Assembly: GCA_003971905.1 (NCBI GenBank)
Contig: RSEE01000064.1
Span: forward strand, 124,001-188,000
Direction of reading: 5' to 3'
DNA length: 64,000 bases
DNA from: Moniliella sp. 'wahieum'
Taxonomy: Eukaryota
Each line of letters starts with the position of its first letter. Positions within the stretch are counted from its first letter, which is position 1. The notes under the pieces are model-generated. The model worked only from the letters and a program-made list of their open reading frames with translations, was not told the origin of the DNA and made no database searches. Shown here piece by piece: positions 26,593-40,100 of this stretch. The position numbers and the translations under genes were made by a program.

Positions 26593-28588
26593 TGCCGTGT
26601 CGTATCGTACCGATCGAGCTCGAGCCGGTGGCTTCGATTATATTCCTTTCCTTTTTTTGCTGGACGCGCCCAAACGAAACAAGCGCCAGTTCCAGTCCCT
26701 TGATTTCCCCCCCGCGCTGCATCGCCCCCTCTCCTCGTCTCTCTCTCCGTACCGTTCCCCTCGGCTCCTCGCATTTGATGAACAGTTACTAGCTTTACTA
26801 CAGTTCCCTTTATCCCTGAGCCACCAAGGCGATGGCGATGAACCGCATTGCCTCCCGCTCCCCCTTTCCCCGTCGCCCACCCCCCTCGCACTCGCAACTC
26901 GTACCCCATCGTCTTGGCTCATCCATCAGCTGTTCGTGTTGACACCGTCGCCACCCGCCGCGTTACTGATATGCGCATAAGTAGGAATACACTTATGTCC
27001 TCCTTGGACGCTCACGCGCTCACGTTACGAGATCAATGATGGCTGCGGCGTTGGCCTGGCCTGCGGTGGTCTTCCACTTCGGACTGGGGTGGTTGGGCTT
27101 CCGTATCCTCCGTTCAACGTTGACCGGGCTCGTGATGCCTGGGATACATGGGATGGCTCCTGAGTGCTGGAGTACTGAGTATTGAGTTCAATATTGATGA
27201 TTGATGAATACGACTGCACCACTCGTCTCCCCACCGTACGTGGAGTAAAGCGAGTGGCCAAAAAAGGGATGGGACCCTGGCCCATCTCGCAGTCCAGCGC
27301 CACTGGTGTTGCCTTGCGCCCGTGGTGGGGGGGGAGCGGAGAGCACAAAGGCTTGGCCCTCTGGGGGCCCTATATACCCGACAATGATGAAACACGTACG
27401 CGGTACCTCCTTTCTCCACCAGCACTACTCTGCGCGTTCCATTGTCGTGCCGTTCCCACATGCATGATGAAGCTATGATATGAAGCTTGAAGATCGGATG
27501 TGAATGTGAATGTGAATGTGAATATGATGGAATGATCCTTGCAAGCGAAGAAAGACGATGCACGATGGCCGATGGCGGATGAGAGAGTGGCGCAAGCGAG
27601 AGTGTTGGCGCCTGTATAGAGCTGGGGGGAGTTGGGGGGAGGGGACCTCAGCTTGCAATTAAGCATGCCATCGCGTATCCTATACGATATAGCCATGCTT
27701 TTGCGACATGTCACATGTGACGTGTGGCCACCCAAGTAACGGTCCCTTCCGTCCTTAACGCGTTAACCTCCCCCCAGCTGCAGCAGGCGGGGTGGCCTGC
27801 TATGTGGCGCACTTGTAGGGAGTTTATATGTTTAGCGTTGATGTTGGAGCTGTGGAAGGGTCAACCGGTCAACGTTCGACGTTCTTCAATCCAAACGTTG
27901 AGATCGTTGAGATCATACGACCACTCCCCTACCCCACAGTGTTGCGGCCATCTGACCCTCAGCGAATCGATGCTCCCCACGCCTTACATAGGACGCGCTT
28001 CCCGCATGATGCATGATGGTAGTAGGATCACATGTCACAGGATCATCGAACACTACAGGATCACACGTACAGGACCCCGGATCTCAGATCTCCGAGGCCT
28101 CGATGCCAAGATCCCCCGTTCCCTAGTTGCCTAGTTCCTCAAATCCCTCGTTCCCCAGATCCCCAGATCCCCAGATGCTCAGATTGCACGCAAGCATAAA
28201 AACGGCCGTGCGCATCGGATGTTGGCATGGGGCCAGTGTGCTTTGCCTCCTCGCACGCGGCAGAGCCTCAGCACACCAGCGCACATCCCAGGCACGCCCA
28301 CCGACACTGGCGCTGTGCGGCCCCCGGCGCCGTGGCTTGGCCCCCGCACTTTTGGGGGTCGAGCTCCGAGGAGCACCGTAGTACTCTGCTGCAGTACTAT
28401 AGTTTACTACAGTCCGGTGGCCGGCAGAGGGGCAGCAGCAGAACATTCAATCGACCGTTCCACCTCAGACCCTCAGGCATCTGCATCACGCCTCCAGGAC
28501 AACCATTAACCAATAACCCCTCACCCCCCCCGCCTCTCCCCATCCCATCCTCCTGGCTGACTCCACCGTCTGCAACCCCGCGACTGCC

Positions 28589-30587
28589 ATGCCTGCCATC
28601 CCTATCATCCCGCCTGCCTTGGGCGTCCGCCCAAACCGCCTCCGCTCCGCGCCCTAGCTCTACCCAGTGTGCCCGAGGACGCCACCCCGCTGGCTCCCGG
28701 ACGCGGGTCCGCGCTGCACCTCCCCACCTCGTCCACGACCTCGCCCACGACGATGCCCACAATCACAACTAAACCTGCCAAACATGTCTCCCTCTCCCCG
28801 CGCCCGTCTCCCGCTTCCAGCACAGAGGAGAGGCGGGGTTCGGCGGTGCTTGAGTCCGAGTCTGAGCTTCAGTCTGAGCCAGGACCAGAGCATCAGCCCG
28901 AGTCTGACCCTGATCATGAGCCTGAACTGGAAGATCCTGGTGTCGATGCTGGCTGCGAGCATCGTGCACGCAGTAGCAAGCCTACGCGCTCGGCAACCGA
29001 TCGGCGACGCGGCAGCGTAGTTGCCAAATTGGCTGTGGCGGTAAAGGCGGGACCGCGCTTGGTGCGTCGTCGTCTGGGCAACGATGCGCAACCCGACCCG
29101 TCTAGTTCACCGCAACTCTGCACCGAAGAAGCGGTAGAGGACGACGAAGTCGACGAAGCGGACTTGGTCCGATCCCCGTCCCTTGTATCCACACCTTCCC
29201 TCTCGTCTCCTACTTCTGGTGGGTTCCTGTCTTCTCCCACTTCTCCCACTTGGCCCTCTCTGCATCTCACAATGGGTCCTTCCTCCCACCGTCTGCCCCG
29301 CGGGGGCCGGCACGAAGGGCAGGAAGCGAGCCATTGATCTCCCGGCGGCCTCCTGCGCCCGCTGGAGTCCGTCTCAGCGCGCAGCATAGCCCGGTCGGTA
29401 CGACGACGTTCTCCGGCGCAGGGGGTGCATTGGAGCGATCGAGGAAGCAGCGTCAGACTCGATTGTTCCGATTGGCTGCGGAACACCACGATCATGATGC
29501 CCCCAATCGAGACCCGGAGCGAGCGGAAGCCAGTACGGCCTGGTTGCTGCATTCGCTGGCCGTGCTTCCGTATGCCTACCCCGCTACCTACCGTCCGCGT
29601 GGGGAGCGGGAGCACGAGATGGATCCCCTGGGGGACGAATGGAGCGAGTGGGGGGGGTACGAACGGCGTGTGCACAGTCGAAGACGATCGTGCACTGAGC
29701 ATCAGAGCGTACCGGTTTCCCATCGCTCCGTCGGTCCTACTGTTCTCCCCCCCGCACCCATACCCGCACACAGCAGTATCACGTACCTTCCCCCTTCGCC
29801 ATACGGTCGCTCGTTCTCGCTCGACGGCCGGCCGGCGGCCCTCCCTCCCTCCCGCACATCGTTCGATCCGTCCAGTGGCGAAGACGCAGACGCACGTATC
29901 CCGCTCTACCTCAACCGCAGCTCCACATCCCTCGCACCTGACCTACCGCTCCCCGGGCTCAGCCTGGGGGGACACCTCGAGTCGGGATCGAGCGGTTCAG
30001 GTTCGTGTTCGTTGCATTCGTCCATAGCCCACTCGCCTGGCGCAACAAGTGCCAGCTTGACCTTGGATCCTAGCGCTCTGAGACCCACTTCTTCCTCCCG
30101 CACCCGTACTCGCACTAACGTCTCTCCGTCCCCACCTGCCCCGACGGGACTCGCTCTGCGTCCCCACTTACCCCCCCTGGCAAAAGAGCGTCGCTGGTCG
30201 CTTTGGCCGTTCGGGCTGGGTGGCCGGCGCGTTTCAGCCCCGGCTACTTGTGCCTTACCCGTGGTGCACGCCCACAGGTCCACAACCGACCTGAGCGACG
30301 TGCGGTTCTTGTCTCTGGCCGATCTGGCTCAGGAGACCTCTGATCCGCCTTACCATGCTCACGAGCTAGCTCCCACCCTGTCCCGGCAGAGCGCGCCGTC
30401 GCACCCCCGAAGCAGCGCGAACGAAGTCCACGTCACAGCGGGTGGCCCGCGCCCACGCTCATCTGCTTCCCCGTCCCTCCCCCCGCGCACCGATGGCGAT
30501 CCAAACGAGCCTCCGCCCTCGTACGAGGTGGCTGTGGCGGCTGTGGCGTGGGGGGAGCCTCGGCCGCCCTCGACGGCGAGGACGTGA
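28589..30587 (+). CDS. Hypothetical Ser/Pro-rich disordered protein with C-terminal PPSY (PY) motif
   Basis: GCCATG start. Overlapping plus-strand ORFs of 222 and 445 aa have protein-like composition and end ...EPPPSYEVAVAAV...; no catalytic domain recognised. Confidence 0.55.
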
Positions 30588-31350
30588 TAGGTTAAGTGGT
30601 GGGGATCCTGGGGGGGCTGAGGCTCAGCTTGGCGGTTGGTTGTTGTAGTATACCCGCAATCCGCCTATGGCTTGTCTTGTTTTTTCCCCTGTGGGCTGTC
30701 TTCTTTCATGCAGTAGCCGTTGTGGTTTCCTGTCCTCGATAGAAGACAAAAGGGTCAACGTGCACGTGACCGGCTGGATCTGGTGCGGACAGGGGCGCTG
30801 GTGAAACTATGTTGTGAGCCTGCCATGCGCTTGAAGCATTGCAGCTGCTGCGATCCGTTGCTGCGCGGCGGCAGTGCGTTACGTAACACGCGCCCCACAC
30901 TGGGCCTGCGCGCGCGGGCGGATGGGCGAGGGGCGGCGGTCTGTGGCGGTCTGGGCCCATTAATCATTTGATTTTGGGTGATTTTGGGTGACGGGTGAGC
31001 GCTGCGTCCGATGGGCGAAGCGCACATGGCACGAGGCAGGCGCAGGGCCACACGCCGCGCGCCGGGTGTCGGTGCAGCCGGGCGGCCGGTTGGGTGGGTT
31101 GGGCTGGGTTGGGTGCCTAGTAGCTAGTACCTAGTACCTAGTACCTACGCAGGCCTGGTGCATGCCGCATGGCCCAGCGCGCTCCATCCCCCGCTCGTCG
31201 CCCACGCCACGCCCAGGCGCCGCGCATGCATCCACCCTCGCCACCACCACCAACCCGCGCCCTCTCGCCCCCCGGCCCCCTCGCCCTCGCTCCCGCCCGC
31301 CCCTGTCCACCCCACCCACACCCACACCCACGCGCACCCGCCCCCCCGCC

Positions 31351-32547
31351 ATGATCATGCCCGATGCGCAGGCCACTGTGCCCGAGGTCGATGTCAGCAG
31401 CATCATCGACCGTCTCCTAGCTGGTTGGTCCCCCCCCCCCGCGCTCCCCTCGGCTCGCACCGCTGACTGCTGACCCTCGTTCGCTCTGCTTCTCCATCGC
31501 TCAGTGCGTGGACACCGGCCGGGCAAGGTGGTCCCGCTCGAGGAATTTGAGCTGCGCTATCTCTGCCTCAAGGCGCGCGACATCTTCATTAACCAGCCCA
31601 TCCTCCTCGAGCTCGAGGCGCCCATCAAGATCTGTGGCGACATCCATGGCCAGTTCTATGATTTGCTCCGCCTCTTTGAATACGGAGGCTTTCCTCCCCA
31701 GTCCAACTACCTCTTCCTAGGCGACTATGTGGACCGGGGCAAGCAGTCGATCGAGACGATCAGCTTGCTGCTGGCGTACAAGATCAAGTACCCTGAAAAT
31801 TTCTTCATTCTCCGCGGCAACCACGAGAGCGCGTCCATCAACCGCATCTATGGCTTTTATGACGAGTGTACGCCCTGCTTTCTTTTTTTTTCTTCTTCCC
31901 CTCCTCTCTTTCATCTCCTTGCCCCACATTGTCTTGGTTCTCTGTTGGTCCAGTCGCATTCTAACGCCTCCCCCCCCCTTCCTTTTTGTACAGGCAAGCG
32001 TCGATACAACATCAAGCTATGGAAGACATTTACCGACTGCTTCAACTGTCTTCCTATTGCTGCGATTATTGACGAAAAGATCTTCACCATGCACGGAGGT
32101 CTCTCTCCCGACTTGCAAAGCATGGAGCAGATTCGTCGTGTCATGCGTCCCACCGACGTGCCGGACACTGGGTTGTTGTGCGACCTGCTCTGGTCTGACC
32201 CGGACAAAGACATCACTGGCTGGTCCGACAACGACCGCGGTGTGAGCTTTACCTTTGGCTCGGATGTCGTCTCGCGGTTCTTGCAGAAACACGATTTGGA
32301 CTTGATCTGTCGTGCGCACCAAGTGGTTGAGGATGGCTACGAGTTCTTCGCCAAACGTCAATTGGTCACCCTCTTCTCGGCGCCAAACTATTGTGGCGAA
32401 TTCGACAATGCCGGAGCGATGATGAGCGTGGATGAGACTTTACTCTGCTCCTTCCAAATCCTCAAGCCGGCCGCCAAGAAGCCCAAGTACACGTATTCCA
32501 ACCAGACTGCCTTTACTAGTCCGCGACGCCAGGGTGCCAGCTCTTGA
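31351..32547 (+). CDS. GLC7: Serine/threonine protein phosphatase PP1 catalytic subunit; introns 31424-31504 and 31868-31993
   Basis: Motifs [43 protein letters not shown] and SAPNYC. Splicing restores IIDRLLAVRG and FYDECKRRY. Confidence 0.97.
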
Positions 32548-34336
32548 GGCGGACGGGTAGATGCGAACCAGCTACACCTCGCATCTTCCTTGTGGCTTGC
32601 TCTCCGCTTGGACTTGGAAGGATCTGACAGGAACGCGACAGGCTGTCAAAGGTGGCGGGAGCTCGCGCTGCATTCTGTTTCCCGCTCCCTGCGTTCACTC
32701 TGACGCTTCGGAGGAGGCGGAGGCAAGGTCCCATGCCCGACGGTGGGGGGGGGCGAGGGGGCGAGGATCCCTCGCACTTTTGTTTTGGTTGCGCGATCCC
32801 CCTCCTCCCTTGCTACGCTGTTTGATGGCCTGTTCTTGTTGCGCGCCCGAGTTTGTGGGTTTGGTGGTTGGGCCAGCACCCTGCCGGCCGAGTGGACCAC
32901 TTTGAACCCGATCCGCTTCGTACCGGATCCCGCCCTTGGCAGCACCTTGTCCCGTCCCCACCTCTTCTCTTCTCATCTCACCTAACTCCACCTAACCCCT
33001 TCCTTTTCTCTCTCCCTCTCCCTCTCCCTTCCTCCTTCCTTCCTTCCGTCCTTCCTTCCGTCCTTCTCGTCCCTCTTCTTCCCGTCGTGGATCCCTTGTT
33101 TTTACGCGCCCCGCTTTCGGGGTTGTGGCGCTGCCTTCGTCGGGTTGGTTCAAAGGGGTTACCCCAGCGACATCTGCCTTTCCTCGTCTGTGAACTCGCA
33201 TGTCATCATGTCATGGCGGATGCTGCTGCAGAGTTGGAATCGAGTGGGCTTGGTCGCTAGGTTGGAATGGGAGACATAGTTCGTACGCATAAGGGATGAT
33301 CGATGAGGCTCATCCCTACTAAGGATGCACAAGCGCCACGTTGGCGTCCGTTTGACAGTCCCACCCGTTCAAGGCCGTTCTCATCATATGATCGATGAGC
33401 CGTTGCCCCGCTTAGCGCTTCCCTCCGAGCCAAAGAATGGCTCAAAACGATCCAGGGTCTGACCGATCGTCTGACCTCTGACCGGCCGATCTGACCCCTA
33501 TCTGGCTACTTGGCCGCTTGGCAGCGACGGCAAGAGGCAAGCAGGAGAGGGCACATGGCCTATACTAACTCGGTCTGACCCTCGACTCCCTCCTGTGGTT
33601 CGTCCTTGGCTTGGCCCACATGCCCCCCCCCCCATGCTCTCCCTAGTACCTACATGCACGACCTCAATTGCCATACCGACTCTGGACACTGCAGTAGGTA
33701 TCCCGGCAGCCTCTGGTTCGTATTCAGCTCAACCCAAGGCAGAGACGAGGCACGCGCTGTCCGCCCCTCTGCCCCTGGTATGCTGAACGAGGAGGTCGAG
33801 GAGGATCAGTCGGGCTCTTTCTCCCTCTCCCCCCCCCTCGGCCTGTGGGACTATACTGCTTCCACTTTGCTCAAGAAGGCCGCCATTGAGGAAAGTTTCG
33901 TCTCTGCTCGCATTCCTTCTTTTACGACCCGGCATAGTTGACATTGGAGGGACACGCGCTGATAGGAGTCCTGCGTGGCGGGTGGGAGTGAGTGCGGCGT
34001 ATAGGCAAATGCAGGGACTTGAGAACGCTGGTTCGCTATAAGTTTCTTACTGCCAGATCGTAAGATGACAGAATGGTGCACCACCACCAGCTGTGGACTG
34101 CCTAGGCCACAATACAACTGGTACAGTTTACAAAGTCCAGTTTACCTGAGCGGTTGGGCGGCCGAGCATACCGCCGTTGACCTGCGCGCGCGGAATCTGT
34201 GGCCAATAGAAAGAGGTGCAATGGACTACAAGCATGGGATTCCGGTGTCAAAGTGAGCGCCGCAGGTGCCAGCAGGCCGGCATTTGTGATCATTGGAGAG
34301 AGAGAATGGGAAGGAGGTCCAAGGAGATCGGTATCC

Positions 34337-36449
34337 TTACACGCCATACGGATTGGGATTGTGCTGCTTCTTTTTCTTGCCCCCCTTGAAGTGCTTCTTG
34401 GCACTAGGCACGCCGCTCACGATCGACGCCATATCATCCCCATCCTCGTTGGCGGTACCATCATTGTTGATCCGGCCTCGGAGCGAAGCCGCCGGCACTT
34501 GGCCCCGAATCTTGGGCCCCGCCGAAGCAGTGCCAAAGAAGGCCGAGTCCACATCTTGACTTACGTCCAAAGCCTTTTTACGAGCGGCCAAGGACTTGGC
34601 GCTGGCACGAGCCGCGCCAGGCGCGGCGCTCGCCTTGGTCCGCACACGCTGTCCGACCGCATCGGAAATGAGCGAATGGACCTTATTGCCTTTTTTGGCG
34701 AGCGAGGCACGAATCCGGTCGCGTTGCGCCGCGTTGAACTCATCCGGGTCCACGCCGGGGGGAGGGTGGGCAAACAAGAGACGCGCATTGACATAGTCCT
34801 TCAACACGTACCTCACCGCCTTGGTTTCGTCCGGATTGCCCTGCCCTTGGCGGGTAAAGCCACGCGAGACAGCGCGTAGGCCGATAAGAGGTCCATTCCG
34901 TTGGCCCGGTTCTGCTTAGTCGCCTTCTCATCCGTCGTCAACGTCGGGATGGCAAAGCTATAGGTCGCCTCAAGGATGTCTTGGGGAATCCGCTGAGCAA
35001 CCAGCTCAGCAGGAGCCGTGAACTCCCGCAGTTGGTCAATCGGCAACACACCATCCACCACCAGCTCCGCTGCAGTCGTAGCAAACTGCGGGAAGACCAA
35101 TCCAGGACAGTCACATAGGATTGTCGAGTCACTGAGGTGCAAGGTTTGGAAGTGCTTGGTCTTACCCGGGGTAGAGCTGACCGAAACTTTCTTGCTACCC
35201 ATCAGAGCGTTGATCGTAGACGACTTGCCGACGTTGGGGTAGCCTACCAGACCCACCACGAGCTTTCCCTGTTCCGCGTGGCCCGTCGCGGCCGCCCGCT
35301 CCTCGGGCGGAGGCGCGTAGCGCTCAAAAAGCGCCTCAAGCTCGTCGACGGACAAGATGCGAGACGCCTCCTTGCTGTCCTTGGCTTCTTTGGCTGCCAA
35401 CAACGCCTCCTCACCTCCAACCGACAAGTTGCTCAAGGCCGTGGTGACCGATTGGAGCGTCTCCCCCTCGTTGGCAGCTTGGATGGCAGCGGCATTGGCT
35501 GCACTAAGAAGGCATAGTTGATTCCCTGGGTATCAAAGTACTTGGCCCAGCTGCGACGCTGATCCTCATCGAGCAAGTCAGACTTGTTGATCAGCAGCAA
35601 AGAACGCCGTTTCCTGTCCTTCTCCGCACGCAGCGGACCGGTCGCCTGGGATGCGGCGGCGGCGGCGGTATGCGACTGGGCCGGGTCGTGCGGGTTGGTT
35701 TCAGGGTTGTTCATCTCTTCCACATAGTTTTCCAAGTCTTGGCACCGGAACTGCATCGGGTTGCGCGCATCGACAATCTGAATCAACAGGTCGCTTCGCT
35801 CAATCACGCGCCACAGTTGTCGCCACACCTCGAGGTTACGCTCAAAGGGTGTCAGCACAAACCCGAGCGAATCCGTCAGCTCAGCCAGGTTGCGACGCCA
35901 GTCGAGAAATGCATCCTTCTCCGATCGGTCCAGCTGTTCTTTCGTCTGGTCGGTCGACCACTTCGGCCTGCGCACAAGCGAAAAGAAAGGGCGGCGTCAG
36001 TACATGGAGGACGAGCAGCGGGCAAAAAGGGGAGAGGGAGGTGAAAATCATACCTCCTGGGAACACGCAGGCGGTTGCGGTTGCGGTCCTGCTTTTGGCG
36101 AATGTCTTCCTCCTCCTCCTTGGTGAGCAGGTAGGGGTTGTGCCGCTTGGCTCCAGGCGCGGAGATGACAGTGACATTGCGGCGCTCGGCGGTGAAGTCC
36201 TGGTCGGCCATCTGGGCCGTGTTGAGGAACTCCTCGAGGTTGCCCTCATGCGTGACGGAGCGGAGCTTGTGCGACTCGGACACGCTGAGGTCGGTGGTGT
36301 GGAAGGGGGAGACGCCCGACTTTTGCACCTCGGCCGCACGCCGGTTGATGAGGGCGCGGCCCAGGCCCGACTTGTTGTTCTTGGGCGGCTGGCAGGGACG
36401 GGGGCGGTGAGCGAGGAGCAGCAGGAGAGGAGTGGGGGGTGCGTACCAT
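34337..36449 (-). CDS. LSG1: Large ribosomal subunit export GTPase (circularly permuted); introns 36389-36446 and 35968-36053
   Basis: Motifs GLGRAL, LRSVT, LRVPRRPKW, LTPFERNLEVWRQLWRVIERSD, IVDARNP, NKSD, GYPNVGKSS, TPGKTKHFQT and LCDCPGLVFP; C-terminal KKHFK. Confidence 0.95.
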
Positions 36450-36803
36450 GGCGGGCTCCCGAGGCACACAGGAGCGGGTGGTTGGAGCGCGGAAGACGAA
36501 GACGTGCGTTTGTTCTGCCCTGTCGGCTGCCGTCGAGCGGTGAGAACTGGGGCGGGCGGCCTTGCGTAGCGCCGGGGGGGAGTGTGGGGAGCAGCCGCAA
36601 TCTAACCACTGCTTTTTTTTTTCAGTCCGCTCAAATATCGCCGCCCGCCGTCAGATTTTGGGCGGAACGCGCGGGCGGAATGCATTTTTTTGGGCCCCGT
36701 CTGCTCGCCTCCTCCAAAACGGCTTGTCCAACAGAAGAGCGCAGCGAGACACCCGCCTCCCCCCCCCCCCCATCCGCTCCTCCCTGCCTGCCCCGCCGAC
36801 GCC

Positions 36804-38826
36804 ATGTCCGTTGCGCCCGTCGACGACAAGAAGGCCGAGGTCACCATGACCCAGCTCCTCACGCTCGTCAATGTGTCTGCCTCCGCGCCTGGAAAGCGCA
36901 AACATGCTCTGGTCGATGACGATCTTGCCGACGCTCACGGAAAACGCATCCCGCTCAACCGCCGCGCCAGCACGTCCGCGTCGCAGGCATCGACAGACGA
37001 GCAGCCTGAGGCGCTCGCGAACCAGGCGGTGAGTGCGACACAGCAAACTACGCCTGCCCTCTTCCCTGCTCCTTCATTCGAAGACTGCTTTTCTTCCACT
37101 GGGCTGAGGGCCAGCCTAGCCGAACAGTTCCCGACGCCGAGCGAGACCACGCCACTGGTTTGGTCCAGCACTTCTGTGGAGGGCTCCACTGGACCGACCC
37201 AGTCCCTGCTTGTGCCTGATCTCGACAGTGTGCATGGCGACATACCCAATGAAGAGGACGTGCGCAAGGTTCTCGCTACGCTCCTGCCCCCTACCTCGCG
37301 CCCGACCACGCGCGACTTGCTGAAAAGCTACGCCGATTTGGTCGACTGTACCGTAACCCACACTGGACGTGCCAAATGGAGGAACGCTGTGGCTGCGCAT
37401 GTGATGGACCATGTTTGGTCGACCCGGGAGACGGTAACGAAAAACAACGAGGCACTGGCTCGCGCTGCGGCGGCGGCAGCTGCCGATGAGGACGAGGCGG
37501 AGCTCGATGCTGCTGAGCCTGATGCCGACTTGGTTCGCGACCAAGGATTCACTCGTCCCAAAGTTGTCATTCTGGCTCCGCTTCGGAACGGCGCGTATGC
37601 ATGGCAGGAAGCTCTGGCGTCCCATTCGCGGTGCAAGACGATCGACAGTCGGGTGCGGTTTGAAAACGAGTATGGCATTCCCGAAGGCGTGGAGGACAAG
37701 TTGTCCCAACCTGCGATGCGGTCCAAGTACCCCGCTGAGCACATTGCCACCTTTTCCGGCAACATTGATGACAACTTTAGGTTGGGGATGAAGTTGACAC
37801 GCAAGACGTTCAAGTTGTTCAGTGGGTGGTATGACAGCGATGTCATCCTTGCCAGCCCGCTGGGTCTCCGTCTCTTGATCGACTCGGACTCGGCCGACTT
37901 TTGTCTTCGATCGAGATGCTTGTCCTGGACCAGACCGATGTGATGGCCATGCAAAATTGGGAGCACGTCAAGTACATCCTGAGCAAGATGAATGCCATCC
38001 CACACGAGTCTCACGATACGGACTTTAGCCGGGTCAAGCAATGGTACCTCGACAACAAGTCGCGCTACTTCCGCCAAACCATCTCTCTGCCCCCTATGTG
38101 TTCCCCGAGGTGCTCAACGTATTCAACAAGAACCTGCTCAACCTGACAGGAAAACGGATCCTTTCCCGCGAAGTGGCACCGGCGATGAAATCGGTTCGAT
38201 CGGGCATTCGCCAAACGTTTGTTCGGTTTGAATGTTCCGACCCTAAGCGAGAGCCGGAGCTCCGATTCAATGCGTTCACCACTAAAGTACGTCCTTTCCT
38301 CTGCGCCCAAAGACCCATCACTGATTGATGTTTTTCCCCCCCCAGCTCATGCCCAACCTAATGCGGTCCGCCGTGAGCGCCAACCATGTGTTGCTCTTTG
38401 TTCCGTCTTACTTTGACTTTTTGCGCGTGGAGCAATACCTGCGTAACGGGAAGATGTGAGCTATGCGGCCATCTCTGAGTATTCCACACCAAACAAATCA
38501 CCCGAGCGCGCGAAGCGTTTTTCAGTGGCAAAAAGGCCATCTTGTTGCTCACCGAGCGCTTCCACTTTTACAACGCTACCGCCTTCGGGGCTCAGACGAT
38601 CGTCTTTTATGGTCTGCCCGAGAACCCAGCCATGTTTTCCGAAGTACTCGAGTTCCCCTTTAACCGCAAAGAAGGCGAACGCTCCCTCGGGTCGGAACTG
38701 GAACCCAACGAAGTCAAGGTCGAAGCGTTGTTTTGCCGCTATGACTTGCTCAAGCTCCGACGAATCGTGGGCGCTGATGCGCAAACTCTCTTGTCGGAGG
38801 ACAAGTCGATGTGGAAGTTTAGCTAA
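36804..38826 (+). CDS. UTP25: U3 snoRNA-associated protein 25 (DUF1253); intron 38287-38345; frameshifts
   Basis: Motifs RDQGFTRPKVVILAPLR, FSGNIDDNFRLGMK, DVILASPLGLR, MQNWEHV, DTDFSRVKQWYLD, FVPSYFDFLRV, AISEYS and LLTERFHFY. Confidence 0.93.
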
Positions 38827-39453
38827 GGGAATGCATTGGTACCGGAGCGTCCCGTACGGGACTCAGAACATCACGGTCGGTTGCTATCCCCTCCGTCCTC
38901 CAACCGATAGTGAGATACAAGCGAGGGAGGTCCAGCCAAGGGCAAGAGGATAGGATTGGATAGTTGGATAGGATAGAGTTCAGGTTACGACCCTCCTAGG
39001 AGGGACACTTTGGGATGTTAGGGCGAGGCTCGGTTTGTGGGTCAGGTACAGCGAACTAGCTGGTCGGTACGACGTCCTCGGACAGGCGGAGACCTGGACC
39101 CCAAGTCCAGGGAATCCTCCAACGGAAATACATAACAAATTCGCTCAGCATCTCCGGGCCCACCCCCCCGCTTTCCCTAACCAGAGGCGTAAACTCGACT
39201 CTTGTTCACTGCGACCGACTGACATGGAACACAAGCTGGGTCCAAAGGGGGATCCGGCGAAGAAATTGATCCTAGCTCGAACAGGAGGGGGGAACAGTGG
39301 ACTCGTAAGCAAAAAAGCGTGATACGTCGAGGCTGCCGGTGATGCCGATAAGATGGTTGCCGGTCTGCAGGGACGCGGTCGGCTCGATCGGTAACATGTA
39401 ACAAGGGATGATGTCGTGCCATGCCCGAGCCCGGGAGGTGCGAAGCCGTTTGA

Positions 39454-39497
39454 GCGAGAAGACGGTCGCGAGAAGACGGTCGCGAGAAGACTGTCGC
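39454..39497. repeat. 14-nt tandem repeat (GCGAGAAGACGGTC)x3
   Basis: Directly visible in intergenic DNA. Confidence 0.85.
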
Positions 39498-40100
39498 ACA
39501 AGCAAATTCCGCCTTGGTGAGTGGCAGAGCGTTGGAAGGCGTGCGCAGGCTAAACTGGAATGGCTGAATTGGCTCTCGATCGTTCCACGAAGAGAGCCTG
39601 AGAAAGGTGCGGGTGAGAAAAAGAAAATACTAAGAACCCCAGTCCCCAGTTCGTGTGGAGTATTCGAGCACGGGAGTTGGGCATGCGTGAAGCTAGGTTG
39701 CTGTTGTGCGAGATGGTGGTTGCGCGGACGGTTTTGTCGCTGCTGTAGAATGGTGAATGCACCTTGGTAGGAAAGGTTGCGAGATAGTTCACTGGGTTCA
39801 TGTACTTTAGCCTAGTGGTCTTTGCGACGTGGATAAGGGACCGGAGGCATCGCCAAAACAAGGAGGGGCCGGTGGAACAGATAGGAGACGAGACAACCTG
39901 ACCTGGCAAATCGAGCAAGAGCATAGCCAGACCCTCGTCGCCGCGAGCGGAGAAGAGAACGACCGGCACACCCTTGTGGATCGCCGTTGTTGCTCAGATC
40001 CCATCCAACTCGGTTGGACTGCTGGGTTTGGGTTTGGCACAAGGCACGGCAACCACTCTCCAGGAATCAGTTGTCCATTGACGCCCTCCATCCAGGTCGG

